Source: Candidatus Berkelbacteria bacterium CG_4_9_14_3_um_filter_39_23
GTDB lineage: Bacteria > Patescibacteriota > UBA1384 > GWA2-35-9 > CG2-30-39-44
NCBI GenBank assembly: GCA_002789815.1
Contig: PFTZ01000046.1
Location: forward strand, 1-44,375
Length of the DNA stretch: 44,375 bases
Direction: 5' to 3'
Below, piece by piece: positions 35,613-44,375 of the stretch. A model generated the notes under the pieces. The model worked only from the letters and a program-made list of their open reading frames with translations, ran no database searches and was not told the origin of the DNA. Made by a program: the position numbers and the translations under genes. The first letter of the stretch is position 1. Each line of letters opens with the position of its first letter.

Positions 35613-35748
35613 TCTGGTGATTTTAGCGAACAGGAAACACCCGTTCCCATTCCGAACACGGCTTCGCCTCTTCGGCGGATAAAAGTTAAGCTGTTTTGCG
35701 CCAATGATAGTTACCTCGCAAGGGGTTGCGAAAGTAGGTCATCGCCAG
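35613..35748 (+). rRNA. rrf: 5S ribosomal RNA with an apparent ~21-nt internal hairpin insertion
   Basis: Helix I pairs tctggtgat with atcgccag(a). It has 'cccgttcccattccgaacacgg' and 'aagttaagc', 'gcgccaatgatagt' and 'gcgaaagtagg'. The length is about 136 nt against about 116-120 nt normally. Confidence 0.85.
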
Positions 35749-35811
35749 TTTTTTTGTACTTCAAAAAGTAGGCTAACCCACAGCGGGTCTATTCTTTTTT
35801 TGCAATAATTT

Positions 35812-35820
35812 TGGTATAAT
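35812..35820 (+). promoter_or_regulatory. Extended -10 promoter (TGgTATAAT) for the large envelope protein gene
   Basis: 'tggtataat' lies 54 nt upstream of the TTG start. There is no good -35. Confidence 0.4.
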
Positions 35821-35873
35821 AAAATTAAGTTGGTTCTCGTTTTGTTTACGCAATCTATAAGGAGGAAATTACT

Positions 35874-38800
35874 TTGGAATACCAATTGAAAGATAATTTT
35901 TCAAAACAGATGCGCTATTTTTTGATAATAGCAATAAGTATTATCACTATTTTTGGATTTAATTTTTTCAAAGTAGCCCAAACAAGCGCGGTAGCCGATG
36001 TTACATTAACTAGTTCTGCTTTTTCAGATTCTGACGCAGATGATACGCATCGGGCTTCTCAGTGGCAAGTGACTACCGCATCGGGCGTCTATACTAGTCC
36101 GACCGTTGATTCTGGCACAGACACGACTAACAAAACAACCTATCTTGTTTCAGCTTCAAATCTAACAGCTTCAACTACTTATTATTGGAGGGTAAGATAT
36201 CAAGATAATCATTTAGCTTGGAGCAATTGGTCAAGCGAAGGCACATTTATTACTGATGCTGATGCTGTGCCTGACACAACGCCTAGTTGCCCCACCAGTA
36301 TCACTGCCACTGCCGGGGATGCGCAAGTAGTTTTGAGTTGGGGGCAACCAGTCAGCAATGATACTGGTTTGTTTTGGATTTATCGGTCAACAGTCAGTGG
36401 AGAAACAGGTAGCCAAATTGGCACTGCCACAATTTCGTCCTATCCAGCTTCTTATACCGACACTTCGCTTACCAATGGCACCACTTATTATTACACGGTT
36501 AACGCAAAAAATTCTGGCACAGGAGAAGAATCGAGCGGATATAATCAAGTTTCTGCTACTCCGGTTGCTACCGCTATAGTAGCTGTGGCAGTCCCAAACT
36601 GTCCAGCTAATTTGAGCTCGCAAGCAGGAGATAAGGCAATCGATTTATCTTGGGACGCGCCGGTTAGTGGCAGCTTGTACACCGGATATAAAATTTATCG
36701 TTCAGTAGTATCAGGAACCCAAGGCAGTGAGGTTGCCAACATTACTGATATTTCAATAAAAATTTACCACGATAGCGGGCTCACTAATGAAACAACCTAT
36801 TATTACACGGTTGTCGCTTACAATAGCTCTGGTGAGGCGGTTTTATGTAGCCAAATTTCTAACACTCCTACTGGTCGACCGAATTGTCCTTCTGGCGCCA
36901 CATTATCAATTTCTGGCACAAGAGCCACACTCAATTGGACTAACGCGACAAATAGCGATTTTAGCCATGTGGTAATTTATCGTTCACAGGCAAGCGGGCA
37001 AACAGGCGATCTGGTCTATACATCTGGCAGTAGCGCAATAAATAGTTTCGCTGAAGATATCAATCCGGCAACCAGATATTATTATACAATTGTATCAGTG
37101 GATACAGATGGGAATACTTCTTCCGGTTGCAATCAGATTTCTACCAGCCAAATTGCTTCTTGCCAAACTGGTTTTACCGCTAAAAAAACAACCAGAGAAA
37201 AAAATTATCTTACTTGGACAGCAGGAAGCCAGATCTATAAAAATCTGTTATATAAAAAGGTGTCAGAGGTTTTCACGCAAATTGCTGTTTTAGATAGCGC
37301 GACAAATTATTTTTTTGATACTGACGGTGGCGCAGCTGATTATGAATTACGAGCACAGTATCAAAATGCCAGTAGTGAAACTACTTGCGGGCAGGCAACA
37401 GTGAGTGAAACTATTGATCCGTTATGTCCCACGCTTCCCGCCCTTACTTTGGCGAAGCCAGTTTTGAATATTGTCGGCGACACAGCGCAGGGGGTAAATG
37501 GTTCGTATTTGGATAATATTCAATTTAAAAGTATTGATTTAGCCTGGAGTGTGCCCGATTTTCCTTTGAAAACAATTTATTTGTCTCGCGATCAGGGGTC
37601 AGTTTGGGTTTTGGATAAAAATTCAACTAGCTACATTGACACTAACCAAGGAGTATCGCCAACTACCTATCATCTTTGGGCGGAATACGATTTAAGCCAA
37701 TATAACAACCCGAGCAATTGTCCAGTGCCGGTGAGTGATGTTGATTTTACTTTTGACCTAAGCAACTTGGGAGGTTTTGATATTTTAAACCCAAGCGATG
37801 GGAGTGTGTATAACCGGGGAGACGATTTGGAGCTGGTGTGGACCCAGCCACCAGTTAATTCACAGGACCTTGTCAAGGGCGACCATTTTGATATTGACAT
37901 TTCAGACGATGGAAATTACCGCAAAGAGTACCGAAATTTGCCATTTTTTAACCCTTTGGAAAATAGTTTTAATCGCACGCCGCCAGCTGATTTTGGATAC
38001 AAAGCCAGCACAGATTTAACTAATCCATTGGTAAAAAATATCTATACACTGGCGAATTGGGAGAGTTTATTACCGTTTGTCGTTGTTGATAAGCAAATCA
38101 CGATTAAGGTAAATTTGGCTGATTCATCAGGCGAAATTTTGCATACAGAGCAAATTGTTTTTACCATTCGCAACCCTTTAATTGTTGCCAGGCAAGCTAA
38201 TTATCCTTTTTCAATTGCCAGCAGTATTGTTACAATTCCTACAATGATATTGATGGTTTTAGCTAATGCGCTCAGCGCCAGCAATTCGGCGGGCTTTATG
38301 CTAATTGATAAAATAATCAATTTTTCCAAATTGTTGCCAACAAAAATGAATTTATTTTTTACCGGCAGCTGGCTTCGTCGGAAGAGAACTTCATGGGGCA
38401 CGATATTGAGCGAGCACAGCAATAAGCCAGTTGGGAAAGCATTAGTTGAATTACACAAAGAGCAATTTGGTAAAGTGGTAAAAACTGCCATAACTGATCC
38501 TGCCGGCAGGTTTTGGTTTCTAATTTCTGAGCCCGGTCAATATTTTATTTCAACTCAAAAAACAGGTTTTCGCCAGTTCGTTAGCCAAAGTTTTAACATC
38601 TTTGATATAAATAAATTACCCATCAATCAAAAAATTTATTTAAAACCAGTTGAGCTGGAAACAAATGTAGCGATGCTTAAATTGCTGGCATTTGTTTTTG
38701 CTTTGGCGAAGGTGTTTGACGCTATTAGAATTCCAGTCCTTGTGCTGGGCTCAATTATGTCAGTTTATAATCTGATCGTTTATCCAGGGTTGACAACATA

Positions 38801-39125
38801 TATAATTTTTGGTTTATATATTTTCTTGTGGGTGATTGAAATTATTTTATATCTTGTGCCTCGCCCGTTTGGCAAGGTGCTGGACAGTATTAGTGGCGCG
38901 CCACTGAAAATGGCGATTGTGAGAGTGTTTAAATTCGGACAAGAAAAACCGATCCAAACATATGTAACAGACAAAATAGGGCGTTACCATTTCTTGCTTT
39001 CTCCGGGTAAATATCATTTTAAAGTATCAAAATTGGGTTATAATCCCTGGATTTCGACTGATTATAATTTGCAAAATTTACACACTAAACCCAATTTTAA
39101 ATTTTACTTACAAGCAGTAGAGTGA
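35874..39125 (+). CDS. Large envelope protein: signal anchor, tandem FN3-like repeats, C-terminal TM bundle interleaved with two CarboxypepD_reg-like beta-sandwich domains
   Basis: 1083 aa. The TTG start comes 9 nt after 'aaggagg' (alternative ATG at 35910). Four ~95-aa repeats of the type 'CP..(S/T)..(A/S)G......L(S/N)W......(Y/I)YRS..SG..G........Y.D..L...T.YYYTV.A.....'. The C-terminus has 'ITDPAGRFWFLISEPGQYFISTQKTGF' and 'VTDKIGRYHFLLSPGKYHFKVSKLGY'. Confidence 0.8.
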   Translation: MEYQLKDNFSKQMRYFLIIAISIITIFGFNFFKVAQTSAVADVTLTSSAFSDSDADDTHRASQWQVTTASGVYTSPTVDSGTDTTNKTTYLVSASNLTASTTYYWRVRYQDNHLAWSNWSSEGTFITDADAVPDTTPSCPTSITATAGDAQVVLSWGQPVSNDTGLFWIYRSTVSGETGSQIGTATISSYPASYTDTSLTNGTTYYYTVNAKNSGTGEESSGYNQVSATPVATAIVAVAVPNCPANLSSQAGDKAIDLSWDAPVSGSLYTGYKIYRSVVSGTQGSEVANITDISIKIYHDSGLTNETTYYYTVVAYNSSGEAVLCSQISNTPTGRPNCPSGATLSISGTRATLNWTNATNSDFSHVVIYRSQASGQTGDLVYTSGSSAINSFAEDINPATRYYYTIVSVDTDGNTSSGCNQISTSQIASCQTGFTAKKTTREKNYLTWTAGSQIYKNLLYKKVSEVFTQIAVLDSATNYFFDTDGGAADYELRAQYQNASSETTCGQATVSETIDPLCPTLPALTLAKPVLNIVGDTAQGVNGSYLDNIQFKSIDLAWSVPDFPLKTIYLSRDQGSVWVLDKNSTSYIDTNQGVSPTTYHLWAEYDLSQYNNPSNCPVPVSDVDFTFDLSNLGGFDILNPSDGSVYNRGDDLELVWTQPPVNSQDLVKGDHFDIDISDDGNYRKEYRNLPFFNPLENSFNRTPPADFGYKASTDLTNPLVKNIYTLANWESLLPFVVVDKQITIKVNLADSSGEILHTEQIVFTIRNPLIVARQANYPFSIASSIVTIPTMILMVLANALSASNSAGFMLIDKIINFSKLLPTKMNLFFTGSWLRRKRTSWGTILSEHSNKPVGKALVELHKEQFGKVVKTAITDPAGRFWFLISEPGQYFISTQKTGFRQFVSQSFNIFDINKLPINQKIYLKPVELETNVAMLKLLAFVFALAKVFDAIRIPVLVLGSIMSVYNLIVYPGLTTYIIFGLYIFLWVIEIILYLVPRPFGKVLDSISGAPLKMAIVRVFKFGQEKPIQTYVTDKIGRYHFLLSPGKYHFKVSKLGYNPWISTDYNLQNLHTKPNFKFYLQAVE

Positions 39126-39196
39126 AAAACAAACAGCAGTTTGATTTTCCAAACGAGCGCAGTAAAAACGCAAAGCATTGATTTAACAACTAATTT

Positions 39197-40999
39197 ATGA
39201 AAAAAATTATTAAAAAAATTTGCGCTATCATTGGGTTTACATTGATTGCTATTATCGCTTTGGGATCACTACTGCTTGGCATAACCAATTATGCTTACGC
39301 TAACCGTGTTCTGCCACGAGTTTATCTGGGTAATGAGTATCTGGGAGGGAAGACTTTTAACGAAGTGAAAAAAGTCGTTGAAACTAATGTCAGCCACATT
39401 GGTCCGAAAATTATTTTTACCAATGGGGTTAAAAGTTGGAGTATTGACAAAGTTGATATTGGGCTGAATGTTAACGGATCGCAAACTGCCACACAGGCGC
39501 TGGATTGGGGGAGAGACGATTCAATTATCCAGAGTTTTATCGAGCAGTTTACCCTGTTAGTTAAGCCGAGCAATGTGGCAGTGGCTTATACCATCAATCA
39601 GGCGGAGCTAGATAAAAAAATTGAAAGTATCGCGCAGGAAATTGATAAAATCGAAAAAGACGCGACACTGATTGTACAAGATGGAACGATTACCGAGCAA
39701 GATGCCGAAGAGGGGGTAAGGTTAAATAAAGAAAAAATTAGCGGTCTGATCGCTCGGCAAATTAATACTTTTTCCAGCGAAGCAATACCATTACCCATTG
39801 GTATTATCACTCCAAAAGTTTATCGAGAAGGGCTTTCCAACGCCAAAAATAAACTTGAATATCTAATCAAAAATGATATTGAGCTGGTTAATAAAGAAAA
39901 TAAATATCAGGTTTCCAAAGAGCAGATTTACGAGTGGCTGGATTTATTTGCTTCCAGTGCGCGCACTGATAATCGCGGATATGTGCTGGAAGTAAGTCTG
40001 AATCAAGAAAAAGTTAAAGCTTATCTTGTAACTTTGGCTGGCACTATTGACCAAGATTCAGTGAATGCCAAGTTAGTTTTTAGAGAGAATAAGGTGTCGG
40101 TTTTCAATCCGGCGCAAAAGGGAAAAAAATTAGATACTGAAAAAGCGTTATCGATGATAGAAGACGCTTTGCTCAACGCCAAAACCCAAACCATCGAATT
40201 GCCGGTAGCAGAAGTTGAGCCAGAAATATCAGATGCCAAGATTAACCAACTCGGACTCAATGAGATTATTGGAAAATCAACTACTTCATTTGCAAAGAGT
40301 CCAGCTAATCGCATTCACAATATCAAAAATGGGGCAGCGCAACTTTCTGGTTTTTTAATTGAGCCAAATACGGAATTTTCAGTAGTGACGCGGCTAGGTG
40401 AAGTGAACGATAAAAGTGGATATTTGCCAGAATTAGTGATCAAAGAAAATCGGACTGTCCCCGAATATGGCGGTGGGCTGTGCCAAGTTTCAACCACTTT
40501 ATTTCGCGCCGCGCTTGAAGCTGGACTTCCTATTATTGAAAGGCAAAACCATTCGTATCGGGTGTCGTATTATGAGCCACCGGTTGGGCTTGACGCCACA
40601 GTGTATTTGCCCAAACCAGATTTAAAGTTTAAAAACAATACCCCGGGATATATTTTAGTTCAAGGTTATGTGGAGGAAAATAATTTAACTTTTGAGTTGT
40701 ATGGCACCAAGGATGGGCGCGTTGCCAAACTTGAGGGTCCATTTACTTCGGGATATATTGATCCTCCTAATCCGATTTACACTGTAACCGACACATTAAC
40801 GTCTGGCGAAACCAAGCAAATTGAAAAAGCTCACAAAGGCGCGTCTTCGGTGGTGTATTATAAAGTTTTTGATAAAGATGGGAAGGAAATAAATAATCAA
40901 ACATTTAAATCAAAATACAAAGCTTGGCCAGCGCGATTTTTGGTGGGCAAATTGCCCGATAACACCGAGAATGCAAGTGCTGCTTCGCTAAGTGAATAA
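39197..40999 (+). CDS. VanW-domain protein with N-terminal membrane anchor
   Basis: 600 aa. The VanW core is 'EYGGGLCQVSTTLFRAALEAGLPIIERQNHSYRVSYY'. N-terminal TM 'ICAIIGFTLIAIIALGSLLLGI'. Confidence 0.8.
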   Translation: MKKIIKKICAIIGFTLIAIIALGSLLLGITNYAYANRVLPRVYLGNEYLGGKTFNEVKKVVETNVSHIGPKIIFTNGVKSWSIDKVDIGLNVNGSQTATQALDWGRDDSIIQSFIEQFTLLVKPSNVAVAYTINQAELDKKIESIAQEIDKIEKDATLIVQDGTITEQDAEEGVRLNKEKISGLIARQINTFSSEAIPLPIGIITPKVYREGLSNAKNKLEYLIKNDIELVNKENKYQVSKEQIYEWLDLFASSARTDNRGYVLEVSLNQEKVKAYLVTLAGTIDQDSVNAKLVFRENKVSVFNPAQKGKKLDTEKALSMIEDALLNAKTQTIELPVAEVEPEISDAKINQLGLNEIIGKSTTSFAKSPANRIHNIKNGAAQLSGFLIEPNTEFSVVTRLGEVNDKSGYLPELVIKENRTVPEYGGGLCQVSTTLFRAALEAGLPIIERQNHSYRVSYYEPPVGLDATVYLPKPDLKFKNNTPGYILVQGYVEENNLTFELYGTKDGRVAKLEGPFTSGYIDPPNPIYTVTDTLTSGETKQIEKAHKGASSVVYYKVFDKDGKEINNQTFKSKYKAWPARFLVGKLPDNTENASAASLSE

Positions 41000-41016
41000 T
41001 CTCCACTGGGAGGGGA

Positions 41017-43644
41017 ATGGATTTTTATCTGCAAAGCGCAGAGCAAGTTTTAGGAGCGTTGAGAACCACAAGACAAGGCATTACCTCGCTCGAAGCCAAA
41101 AGGCGACTCACGCAATACGGTCGCAATGTTTTGAGGCATAAAGATACTCATCCTAATGTTAAAATTTTTATTCGGCAGTTTAAAAATATTTTTTTTATTT
41201 TACTATTTTTTGCCTCTATCGTGTCTTTTTCTTTGAGAGAGTACCAACAGCTGGCGATTTTAATTATGGTAATTGTAGCTAACATTATGGTGGGTTTTTT
41301 AGAGGAGTATAAAGTCGAGAAAGCCAAAGAAAAGCTAGAAAAAAGTTTTACCAGTTATATTTATTGTTTTAGAGATAGGCAATTGGTTAAAATTTCGATT
41401 GAAGAATTAGTCATAGGAGATGTTATTCTAATTCAAGCTGGAGACAAAGTGCCGGCTGATATTCGCTTAATTGCCAATTCTGGGCTACAGATTGACGAAT
41501 CAGTGTTAACTGGCGAATCAGTTCCAGCCATTAAAAATATCGAGCAGATGATTAGTCCGCGATTAGTGGCTGACCAAACCAATATGGCATTTGCCACCAC
41601 CAATGTTTTAATCGGCAAGGGTCAGGGTGTGGTGGTAGCTGTATCAAACAGTACAGAATTTGGTAAAATTGCCAATCTTGTTGAAACCAGTCGCGCAGTG
41701 CAGACCCCACTTGAAAAGAAAATGAATCAGTTAGCCAAGCTATTGTTAGTCATCGTTAGTATTATTGGCGTGATGATTTTTATTTTAGGTTTCATCCGCC
41801 ACGATATGCCGGTTGGAGAATTATTAACTTTTGTTATCGCGCTTTTGGTTTCAGCCGTGCCAGAAAGTTTGCCCACTATTATCGTGCTAACCTTGGCGGT
41901 TGGAGTTTCAAAAATGGCGCAATCAAAAAGCATTGTAAAAAGATTATCAGTGGTGGAAACATTGGGTGATATTGATGTGATTGCCACTGATAAAACTGGT
42001 ACTTTGACAAAAAACGAGATGACAGTCAATAAAGCGGTTTGGCTAAATGGAGAAAAGCTATTTTATCTAGATTTTCCGGGCGCGGGTTATGATATTAAGC
42101 AAAAACCACGTATGATAAGCGACCCTTTGTTTTATGACTTGATAAATACCGGGTGCGTTGGTAATGATGCTAGTTTATTGTCCCAGCCAAAAAGTCCCAC
42201 AGAATTTACTATTACTGGCGACCCAATCGAAGCAGCAGTGCTGGTTGCTGGGCTTAAGGCAAATATAAATTTCCAAAAAATTAGAGAACAAAATATTCGG
42301 GCAGACGAAATTATGTTTGATCCAAGCTATAAATATCGCGCTGTTTTAACTGACAAGCAGGAGATTTTTGTGACCGGCGCTTTTGAGCTTTTATTGGAAA
42401 AAAGTAATTTAGACCTGAAAGTTAAGCAAAAAGTTATAAATTACGCTACTCAACTTGGAAATCAAGGGTATCGGCTATTGGCAATGGCAAAAAAGAAAAC
42501 CCAATTAAAACTCTTGCGCCATCAAGATATAAATGATTTGATTTTTCAAGGGTTTGTGACGATGATTGATCCTGTTCGCGAGGGTGTAAAGGAAGCGTTC
42601 CAACAAGTTGGGCAAAGCGGGGTGCAAATTAAAATAATTACTGGCGATTATTCGCATACCGCGCGAACAGTGGCAAATCAGTTAGGCATCGCCATTGAAG
42701 ATCACGAGATTTTAGTTGGTTCACAAATCCAGAAAATGTCTCAGAGAGGGCTGGAAAATAAAGTTGAGGTGGTTAAACTTTTCGCCCGCATTACGCCCGA
42801 GCAAAAATTGCAAATTATTCAAGCGTTGCAAGAAAGAGGAAAGGTGGTGGCGGTAACAGGCGATGGCGTGAATGACGCTCCAGCTCTTCGCCAAGCCGAA
42901 GTTGGCATTGCGATGGGCAGGCGAGGAACAGATGTTGCCAAAGAAGTGGCTGATCTGATTCTACTGGACGATTCTTTTGCCACCATAGTCAAATCAGTGG
43001 GGTATGGTCGCAATATCTTGGCTAACATAAAAAAATCTATCACTTTCTTTTTAGCGAGTAATTTTGACGAATTATTTTTAGTGGCAGCGGTTTTTACTGC
43101 AGGTTTATTTTTGTCCGGCGGATTGCCAGCGCCATTTTTAGCTGTGCAAATCTTGTGGATCAATATGGTTATTGACACTTTTGTCGCTTTGGCGCTATCT
43201 TTTGAGGATCCAAAGGAAAATCTTAACACTGATATTGACAAAAAAGATGCTGGCTTTTTGCCTCCTCCGGTCATCAGGCGCGCGGCATTTATTGCTATGG
43301 TATCGTTTGGAATTCAGCTGATTATCTTTATTGAGAAATTATCAAACGGAATTGATACTGCCAGAACATTCGTCTTTTTTATTTCAGTATTTTTTCAGCT
43401 AATGGTTGTTTTTTCGGTTCGTTCAGCCAAGCCGTTTTGGAAAGAGAACATTTTTAATAACGTTAAATTAAATATCGCGGTTATTTTTTCCGTGGTCTTG
43501 CAGTTTATGACTATCGCGCCTGGGGTGAGGGAATTTTTCGGCACAGTCGAGCTTTCATTGTGGGACTTTGGCGTAATTATCGGCGCTTGTGTTGCGGGGT
43601 TTATGATTATTGAAATTTCTAAATTGGTTAAATTAAAGTTCTAA
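41017..43644 (+). CDS. Cation-transporting P-type ATPase (type II, Ca2+/Mg2+-like)
   Basis: Has the phosphorylation site 'IATDKTGTLTKNEM', hinge 'VTGDGVNDAPALRQA', 'GDKVPADIRL' and 'TGES'. About 10 TM. Confidence 0.9.
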   Translation: MDFYLQSAEQVLGALRTTRQGITSLEAKRRLTQYGRNVLRHKDTHPNVKIFIRQFKNIFFILLFFASIVSFSLREYQQLAILIMVIVANIMVGFLEEYKVEKAKEKLEKSFTSYIYCFRDRQLVKISIEELVIGDVILIQAGDKVPADIRLIANSGLQIDESVLTGESVPAIKNIEQMISPRLVADQTNMAFATTNVLIGKGQGVVVAVSNSTEFGKIANLVETSRAVQTPLEKKMNQLAKLLLVIVSIIGVMIFILGFIRHDMPVGELLTFVIALLVSAVPESLPTIIVLTLAVGVSKMAQSKSIVKRLSVVETLGDIDVIATDKTGTLTKNEMTVNKAVWLNGEKLFYLDFPGAGYDIKQKPRMISDPLFYDLINTGCVGNDASLLSQPKSPTEFTITGDPIEAAVLVAGLKANINFQKIREQNIRADEIMFDPSYKYRAVLTDKQEIFVTGAFELLLEKSNLDLKVKQKVINYATQLGNQGYRLLAMAKKKTQLKLLRHQDINDLIFQGFVTMIDPVREGVKEAFQQVGQSGVQIKIITGDYSHTARTVANQLGIAIEDHEILVGSQIQKMSQRGLENKVEVVKLFARITPEQKLQIIQALQERGKVVAVTGDGVNDAPALRQAEVGIAMGRRGTDVAKEVADLILLDDSFATIVKSVGYGRNILANIKKSITFFLASNFDELFLVAAVFTAGLFLSGGLPAPFLAVQILWINMVIDTFVALALSFEDPKENLNTDIDKKDAGFLPPPVIRRAAFIAMVSFGIQLIIFIEKLSNGIDTARTFVFFISVFFQLMVVFSVRSAKPFWKENIFNNVKLNIAVIFSVVLQFMTIAPGVREFFGTVELSLWDFGVIIGACVAGFMIIEISKLVKLKF

Positions 43645-43646
43645 CA

Positions 43647-44375
43647 CTATTTTATTGCTTTAATAAATCCATAAAAAAGAGGCGCCGGAGAATGCGGACG
43701 GGATTTGAACTCTGGGTGGGCTTGGGTGGCAATAAAGAACGGATGGTTTTTAAGCTCGATGAATTCAACCAGTTTTTTGTCTGGCGACATTCCCGAAAAA
43801 ATCAAACCATTCTTTTTTAGTATTTGATGATATTTGGGGTTGACTTCAAAGCGGTGGCGATGTCTTTCAAAAATAGTAGTTTGTTGGTAAAGCTGGAAAA
43901 CTTGAGTATGTTTTGCGATTTTAGCTGGATATTTGCCAAGGCGCATAGTTCCGCCTTTTTGCTTGATTTTTACTTGTTCAGGCAAAAAGTCAATCACTGG
44001 GTAAGCTGTTTTTGCGTTGAATTCAGTGGAGTTAGCATTTTTTAAATTGCATTTATGGCGCGCGAATTCAATCGTAGCGCATTGAAGCCCTAAGCAGAGC
44101 CCGAGAAATGGTATATTATTTTCGCGAGCGTATTGAATAGCTTTGATTTTCCCTTCAATCCCACGAATACCAAACCCGCCCGGCACCAAAATTCCGTCCA
44201 TTGTTTTTATTAGATCTAGATCAATACATTCTGAATCACAGGCAACAATTTCAAGCGAAACTTGATTAGCTAGCGCGCTGTGTTTTAATGCCTCAATAAC
44301 TGAAATATAAGCGTCGGGGTGGTCCAGATATTTTCCGACTAATCCAATTTTTTTAATCGGCAGTTTTTTAGCGAT
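43647..44375 (-). CDS. pyrG: CTP synthase, C-terminal (glutamine amidotransferase) part; the gene continues beyond the window
   Basis: Has 'GILVPGGFGIRGIEGKI' and catalytic Cys 'FLGLCLGLQC'. The frame stays open upstream of the listed Met to the window edge ('IGLVGKYLDHPDAYISVIEALKHS'). Confidence 0.9.
   Translation of the reverse strand: MAKKLPIKKIGLVGKYLDHPDAYISVIEALKHSALANQVSLEIVACDSECIDLDLIKTMDGILVPGGFGIRGIEGKIKAIQYARENNIPFLGLCLGLQCATIEFARHKCNLKNANSTEFNAKTAYPVIDFLPEQVKIKQKGGTMRLGKYPAKIAKHTQVFQLYQQTTIFERHRHRFEVNPKYHQILKKNGLIFSGMSPDKKLVEFIELKNHPFFIATQAHPEFKSRPHSPAPLFYGFIKAIK

Overview
This is a 44.4-kb chromosomal window from a small-genome bacterium. The gene content and rRNA architecture look like Candidate Phyla Radiation / Patescibacteria, which is my inference; no search was possible. 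It uses the standard genetic code: TGA ends murE, dnaX and gap.

Layout:
- 197-23510: densely packed housekeeping genes. These are pcrA/uvrD, tsaD, a FemAB-family gene plus murE, rpsO-pnp, a translationally coupled replisome block (dnaX-dnaB-5'-3' exonuclease-holA), lepB, rpsT, an nrnA-like DHH protein, and a sugar-phosphate/central-carbon block (PfkB kinase, 2-hydroxyacid dehydrogenase, an orphan ORF, class II aldolase, gap, gdh).
- 23.5-35.8 kb: an unlinked and heavily decorated rRNA locus. 16S (24021-25484) and 23S (about 31419-35481) are about 5.9 kb apart, and each has its own promoter, boxA-like element and flanking processing stem.
- The 16S-23S gap holds a visibly AT-richer restriction-modification island on the minus strand, an antisense tRNA-Ile(GAT), three small membrane-protein genes and tRNA-Cys(GCA). 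The island has two beta-class N6/N4 methyltransferases. Its putative nuclease is one reading frame cut by a single TAA into a 229-aa part and a 177-aa HNH part. A truncated Cro/C1-type HTH remnant abuts the tRNA.
- The 23S gene carries three hairpin-type intervening sequences plus a minor ~31-nt expansion. It also has a ~697-nt group I intron in the helix-69 homing hot spot, with a frameshifted LAGLIDADG gene. The 5S gene appears to carry a ~21-nt extra hairpin.
- 35.9-44.4 kb: a 1083-aa FN3-repeat envelope protein, a VanW-domain protein, a P-type ATPase and the 3' part of pyrG.

Two dispersed short-repeat families (hairpin+GATGAC modules and 'caaatctcaaa' low-complexity tracts) occur in spacers, in both rRNA leaders and in the 23S insertions. 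One of them also sits in frame inside the FemAB-family CDS.

The best candidate for something new is the R-M/HNH island and its junctions. The rRNA insertions come second. All coordinates of RNA ends and insertions were placed by eye, to about +/-10 nt.
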